Assembly (NCBI GenBank): GCA_002256025.1
Contig: NKIB01015221.1
Coordinates: forward strand, 1-37,518
DNA: 37,518 bases
From: Asterionella formosa
Lineage: Eukaryota
Direction: 5' to 3'
Positions 32,809-37,518 of the stretch are shown here, in pieces. The notes beneath the pieces were generated by a model. It worked only from the letters and a program-made list of their open reading frames with translations, did no database searches and was not told where the DNA came from. The position numbers and the translations under genes were made by a program. Position 1 is the first letter of the stretch, and each line of letters begins with the position of its first letter.

Positions 32809-34503
32809 TTAGCTGCTTTGACAACCGTAGGTATTGAGAAATGCGTACATCGCATGTAATCCTTGAGCTCGCCCTCGTCCTTCCTTATCAAGTCCGTGCA
32901 AGTCCAAGTGATACCAAGGGACATTGTCTACGAACTCGCTTAAGTATAAAGCGGCAGTTATAGCACCACCAAGTCCATTGTCATTTGCAATGTTTCCAAA
33001 ATCAGCAATTTTTCCTTTCATACGGCTCCGATACCCTTCCCAAAGTGGAAGTGACCAGATTGGATCTCGGGACACTTGAGACGCTTGAATCATGGCCTCA
33101 ATCTCAAGTCCTGATTGATTCGTAAATAGGGCAGGCAATTCTGTTCCAAGTGCACTTCTAGCTGCGCCAGTGAGTGTAGCAAAGTCAATAATGATCGATG
33201 GTTTCTCGGCTGAAGCTAAGGCTAGGGCATCTCCCAAAATGAGTCTCCCTTCGGCATCGGTATTTCCAATCTCTGTCGTCTTACCGTTGACTGATGTGAG
33301 AATATCACCGGGACGATACGAATGGGAACCAATCACATTTTCGACAATTGGCAAGAACAATTCAACTGGCAAGGGATACTTCGTTTCTACCAATAGTCGA
33401 AACAAGCCTAATGCGTGTGCCGCCCCACCCATGTCTTTCTTCATAGTCAGCATGGATTCTCCTGGCTTTAGATTCAATCCTCCTGTATCGAAGGTGACAC
33501 CCTTTCCCACCAGAGCAACCGTCTTGGTACTGGGAGGTTTCTTGGAAGGTTCATACTTCATCCTAATAAGCCTAGGAAGACGATCCTCGGTTCGTGCTCC
33601 TTGACCAACGGCATGGATCATGCCACAGCCGAACGTAGTTGCTAGTGAGCCATTGTAGGACAGCAAGGCATCACCAATGATACACTCCATAGCAACACTT
33701 TTAGGTGTTTGAGAATCCACCCATTCCTGTGCGGCTTGCTGTAAATTAGCCGGTGATAAGTCTCTTGCAGGAGTCGAAATCAAATCCTGACACCAAAAGG
33801 TGGACGAGACCAACGCATTCATTTCAGTTTCCGGCTCTGCGATGATTTTATTTAAGGGCGGCCGAGTAGTATTGCTCTTGTATCTGTCGAAAGTATATGA
33901 GCTAAGTAAAAAGGATTGCAAAAGTTCACTCGCATTAAAATCTGATCCTGGGGGCAAAACAATACGAAATGGATCGTTCGACGTGACCTTGCAAAGCGGT
34001 TCCATACGTTTGTCTGGTGGTTGCAACTCGCAGCTTCTCGAGCTAGCAGAAGTTGATTCTAGTTCCTTATCAAATCGAATCAGCACAATTTTTGGAGCAG
34101 AAGAAATATGTTCCGAAGACAATCGCAGACACAGAATGTCATTGATTTCGTTTGTCACTTCAGGCCAAAGGCGAATTACCCCCCTTTGTTCCTCGAGCCA
34201 TAGTTTCAAGTCAGCATTTCTCAAATTACGCATCAGTGAATCCCAATCCGTGGTACTCAAGGGTACCGCAATAGTGGATGATATTCCCTTGCTGTCTTCA
34301 TGGTCCATCACAACTTGTTCCTTCCATCGATTCGATTTCGCCAGGAAAGAATAGTTTCGTATGTTCCGTTGGCGCTGAAGCAATGGCTGATTATTACTGC
34401 GGCCCAATCTTATTGTGGAAGGATAACTATAGCCTGATGCGTACGGACGCTTAGTAGTGAGCCGCAAAGCGAACTGTGCTGGGAAGGGACACCGAGAAAT
34501 CAT
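32809..34503 (-). CDS. M17 leucyl aminopeptidase with putative mitochondrial presequence
   Basis: Metal-binding motifs VGKGVTFDTGG, MKKDMGGAA, NTDAEGRL and DFATLTGA. The N-terminal ~60 aa is Arg-rich and free of acidic residues. Confidence 0.95.
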   Translation of the reverse strand: MISRCPFPAQFALRLTTKRPYASGYSYPSTIRLGRSNNQPLLQRQRNIRNYSFLAKSNRWKEQVVMDHEDSKGISSTIAVPLSTTDWDSLMRNLRNADLKLWLEEQRGVIRLWPEVTNEINDILCLRLSSEHISSAPKIVLIRFDKELESTSASSRSCELQPPDKRMEPLCKVTSNDPFRIVLPPGSDFNASELLQSFLLSSYTFDRYKSNTTRPPLNKIIAEPETEMNALVSSTFWCQDLISTPARDLSPANLQQAAQEWVDSQTPKSVAMECIIGDALLSYNGSLATTFGCGMIHAVGQGARTEDRLPRLIRMKYEPSKKPPSTKTVALVGKGVTFDTGGLNLKPGESMLTMKKDMGGAAHALGLFRLLVETKYPLPVELFLPIVENVIGSHSYRPGDILTSVNGKTTEIGNTDAEGRLILGDALALASAEKPSIIIDFATLTGAARSALGTELPALFTNQSGLEIEAMIQASQVSRDPIWSLPLWEGYRSRMKGKIADFGNIANDNGLGGAITAALYLSEFVDNVPWYHLDLHGLDKEGRGRAQGLHAMYAFLNTYGCQSS

Positions 34504-35059
34504 ATTACTTTGTGATCTTCGTCGTTAATACACACACGTGTTCCAAGGCAAGTGTAAGAGCCCATCTCACACACGATGAACAGGCAATGCTAATTGTGCA
34601 TTCACCCTGCTCTGACATGATGACGATTGCATACCACAACAGCTACGGTACCGCGTACCTGCTACCAGGTACCAGGTAGACTACTGGGTGTGCTGTACAT
34701 AGTACCGGTACATGCACTGTATCGATCATAAAACTGGGTCGCGGTTATCGTCCGCCCAGTTGCTGTATGTATTACAAACTGGTGATGTGTATGCAAATAC
34801 CGGTATGTATTTACCAACATCTTCCCCTTGAAAATTATGGTCGAACTATTAAACATGGTTAGTTTAATCCTACCCTATCATAAATCTTTCATGGCACCGA
34901 AGATTTGCATCAAATGCCATACATATAGAGGAGGCAACGGAATTCTGGAGAACAATCAGCAAACTATTACATTATGATACAATTCAGCAACGGGGACAAG
35001 CATATATTGAAAGGAAATCAAGCACATGACATCGTATCTAGTACTGATACATGGCCACC

Positions 35060-36142
35060 TTACATGGATCCATATTCCGTTCGTTCTGTTTGTCGTTGTC
35101 GACACTGGTGAATACTATGCCAAAAATCATTCAAATAGAAGAAACTAACAAATCTCAATAGGCCCATAAATGACACTTGGCACAAGCCATCCACCAAATT
35201 CGATTCAGATGACATACCAGCTGTCAAGGTGGTTACCATCCACCCTTCTAACCCAAAGTAAACACGAGACTTTGGATTGGGGTTCAATGCTTCCTTTACC
35301 ATCCTTTGGCCCACCTGTTGTGCCGAAAAAAGACCACCTGTTTCCGAAATGATATTTGTTTCTTGTGGCCGATTTGGTCGTTCGGCATGATGACCTGGTG
35401 TATCTGTATCAGGTGGGTATACGATTTGTAGAGAAATCGGAGAATGCAACAATTCCATATGAAGGGATTCTGCAAAGCCTCGGAGTGCAAACTTGGTGGG
35501 TGAATAACAGGTATACCCAAAGATACCAAGTTGCCCTGCCATGGAGGAAGTGAGGGTGATATGACCTCCACATGCCATCATGTGTGGTAAAAATGCTTGC
35601 ACGGTATAGACTGTTCCCAAATAGTTGATTTGATTAACAAGAGCAAATGTTTCTGAGGCAGTTTCCGTGAACTTGCCAACCTCGCTAACACCTGCACAAC
35701 AAAATAGCAATATCCTTTCCTTGTTGTTTGGCTTTGTAGAACTAGATGTAGGAAAAATCGTACAAGCAATTCGTTTCATGGCCTCCGCGTCAGTAACATT
35801 GACACTGTGTATGGAAATAATTGTAATCATTTTCGTGTTGTCACGGTGTTGTTCCAATAGGGCCTTTGCTGTTTCAAGGTTCTTCAAGTCTCTTGCCAAG
35901 AGTGTCACTTTGGCAAAGCCTCTTGCCACACAATCTTGAGCCATGGCCAATCCAATCCCACTGGATCCTCCTGTGATAATGGCATGTTGCGTGTCGATGT
36001 TGTCATTTATTCGTTCGGTGCTGAATTTCAACAGCATGACACTCGGAACACTCAAGAAAAATACGACAATAGAGCTCACTAGTTGAACCAGCAATGCAGG
36101 CAACGCCAGCAGTCCAGCCACAATCAACTTTACATTAGTCAT
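35060..36142 (-). CDS. KDSR: 3-ketodihydrosphingosine reductase (SDR family)
   Basis: N-terminal TM, ITGGSSGIG, CCAG, NYLGTV, SSMAG, catalytic GYTCYSPTKFALRGFAESL, and the KDSR/TSC10-typical YPPDTDTPG. Confidence 0.88.
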   Translation of the reverse strand: MTNVKLIVAGLLALPALLVQLVSSIVVFFLSVPSVMLLKFSTERINDNIDTQHAIITGGSSGIGLAMAQDCVARGFAKVTLLARDLKNLETAKALLEQHRDNTKMITIISIHSVNVTDAEAMKRIACTIFPTSSSTKPNNKERILLFCCAGVSEVGKFTETASETFALVNQINYLGTVYTVQAFLPHMMACGGHITLTSSMAGQLGIFGYTCYSPTKFALRGFAESLHMELLHSPISLQIVYPPDTDTPGHHAERPNRPQETNIISETGGLFSAQQVGQRMVKEALNPNPKSRVYFGLEGWMVTTLTAGMSSESNLVDGLCQVSFMGLLRFVSFFYLNDFWHSIHQCRQRQTERTEYGSM

Positions 36143-36513
36143 ATGGTGTGTAGACGAGACTAGCAGTTGCTCCTTGAGAAGAGTGAGGCAATATACAAAA
36201 GAAAGAGTAACACGAGGACAACGGCTGATGGAGTCGGATCATGATTCTTGTATAATATTTATTAGTTTGTAAGAAAAAATCACTTTGCAATAAGAAATCA
36301 TGATTCGTCCCTGAATGCTCCGGTACCGGTAGTGTTTTACTGCCTGCTGGTACCTGGTAGTCAACCGGCATTCTTATACCGGTATATCAAAAGGAGCATA
36401 CCGGTACATTACAAGAAGTCTCCGGTATCATTATGATGATTGCCCAGTATCATACTACCGGTAGCTGCAGAATGATACTCGTTGAACAAATTACATGTCT
36501 GGATTACCGGTAT

Positions 36514-36559
36514 GCGATAATTTTGCTGTAACTAAGATTTAGCTATGACCACAACTTGC
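36514..36559 (-). mobile_element. Internally deleted, inverted fragment of the 96-bp MITE
   Basis: GCGATAATTTTGCTGTAACTAAGATTTAGCTAT approximates the reverse complement of the MITE right half. It joins directly to GACCACAACTTGC, the other TIR. Confidence 0.6.
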
Positions 36560-36771
36560 TCTGGTACCAGGTACCAAGTGGTCCGGAGTCCGGAGTACCT
36601 ACCAGGGTGCCTGTTGGTACCAGTACCACGTACTCCGGAGTACCAGAGTACCTGGTACCTGCAAGTTGCGGTCATTTTGCTTAAACCAATATTTTAATCT
36701 AGGATAAACATAGCTAAATCTTTACTTTCAGTAAAATTACCGCAACTTGCTGCTACCAGGTACCAGGTACC
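36560..36771. repeat. Cluster of TA-CC(W)GG-TA / TA-CTCCGGAG-TA palindromic units (representative of many clusters)
   Basis: GGTACCAGGTACC, TACTCCGGAGTA, TACCTGGTA and TACCAGGTACCAGGTA surround the MITE. Confidence 0.85.
36658..36753. mobile_element. 96-bp MITE, copy 2 (TA-flanked)
   Basis: TA|CCTGCAAGTTGCGGTCATTTTGCT...AGTAAAATTACCGCAACTTGCTGC|TA, with ~24-bp imperfect TIRs. By my count it has 17 mismatches to copy 1 over the inner 90 bp. Confidence 0.82.
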
Positions 36772-37518
36772 TCGTCCTTCACATCATCAATTATTGTTGG
36801 GTCGTACGAAATTTGCAGACGAAACGAGAATCCCTCAATCAGCCAAAGCCAACAATATAGGAATGCCCAAAGCCTGTGGGCAATAATGCTCTAGGAACCT
36901 TCGAACAACGATGTCAATCACTGGTGTTCTGCTACTGGAATACTATTGCCATGGTTCTTGGCTGCTGATATAGGGCTATGGCAACAACAGCAGCATGTCA
37001 GTTGCTGTTCTGAAGAATTGATGTCGGTGACTGCGGCTTGGTACGGAAGAGGCGCATTTGAATGAATGCGAACCTGAGAACCCAACATCAAAACAACGAC
37101 AACAACAATAACAAATCAGGGACAAAGTGCAACTTCAGTGGCGTCCTTGCCTAGCTCATAAAATTAGTCACATAAGCTTTAGAATATTCAACCGAACTCA
37201 ATCGCCTGAATCATTCAAGGTAAACAAACCATTATCTGTGCGTTGTTCCACCAACACTTACATTGTCAATGACAACATATGGACCTCTGTAATTTGCGAA
37301 TGGCGCCAACAAGCTATCAATCGATACACTCTACTGACTCTTTGCCTGCTGTCATGGTACCATGATATCAAAGTGATCTTATGAACTCTCATGTGTTGGA
37401 GAAAATATTTTAGGAAAGAAAATCCCGGTATAAATTACCTACTACATATTGAATCGAATGAATCAAGAAAGAATATGGTACCAGAGAATTCGAAAACAAT
37501 CTACGCCAACAGTAAAAA

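Noticed and set aside
33170..34354. Long antisense ORFs over the aminopeptidase (and similar ones over FRE, ALG9 and KDSR)
   Set aside because: These are shadow ORFs of real genes on the opposite strand, with no independent motifs.
18916..36142. Functional cluster of sulfotransferase, ALG9 and KDSR (glycan/sphingolipid pathway)
   Set aside because: The genes are far apart, interleaved with unrelated genes, and act in separate housekeeping pathways.
36780..37384. Possible gene near the window end
   Set aside because: All frames are interrupted by stops. It has only a CAA-rich tract and short ORFs without recognisable features.

Overview
Eukaryotic nuclear DNA, most likely from a diatom: genes are compact, there are two short GT-AG introns (86-88 nt), two genes carry signal peptide + ASAFAP-like plastid-targeting presequences, and diatom-style LRR and LINE relics are present. 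Intact genes, in order: 5'-truncated sigma-like GST, ferric reductase/NOX-family flavocytochrome, spliced plastid rubredoxin-like protein, zinc-dependent nucleoside deaminase, F-box-like protein, two paralogous ~135-143 aa unknown proteins, sulfotransferase, DUF2358/NTF2-like plastid protein, spliced ALG9 mannosyltransferase, M17 leucyl aminopeptidase and 3-ketodihydrosphingosine reductase. About 4.5-12.1 kb is a decayed, partly CpG-depleted zone containing LRR pseudogene pieces and an AT-rich ~4 kb segment with a dead ORF. The most striking unexplained signal is the abundance of TACCGGTA / TACCWGGTA palindromes and their concatemers in intergenic DNA. A 96-bp TA-flanked MITE with CCWG...CWGG ends sits inside these arrays, which suggests they are stacked Tc1/mariner excision footprints. 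I see no convincing novel multi-gene system. All family calls come from motif recognition by eye, not database searches.
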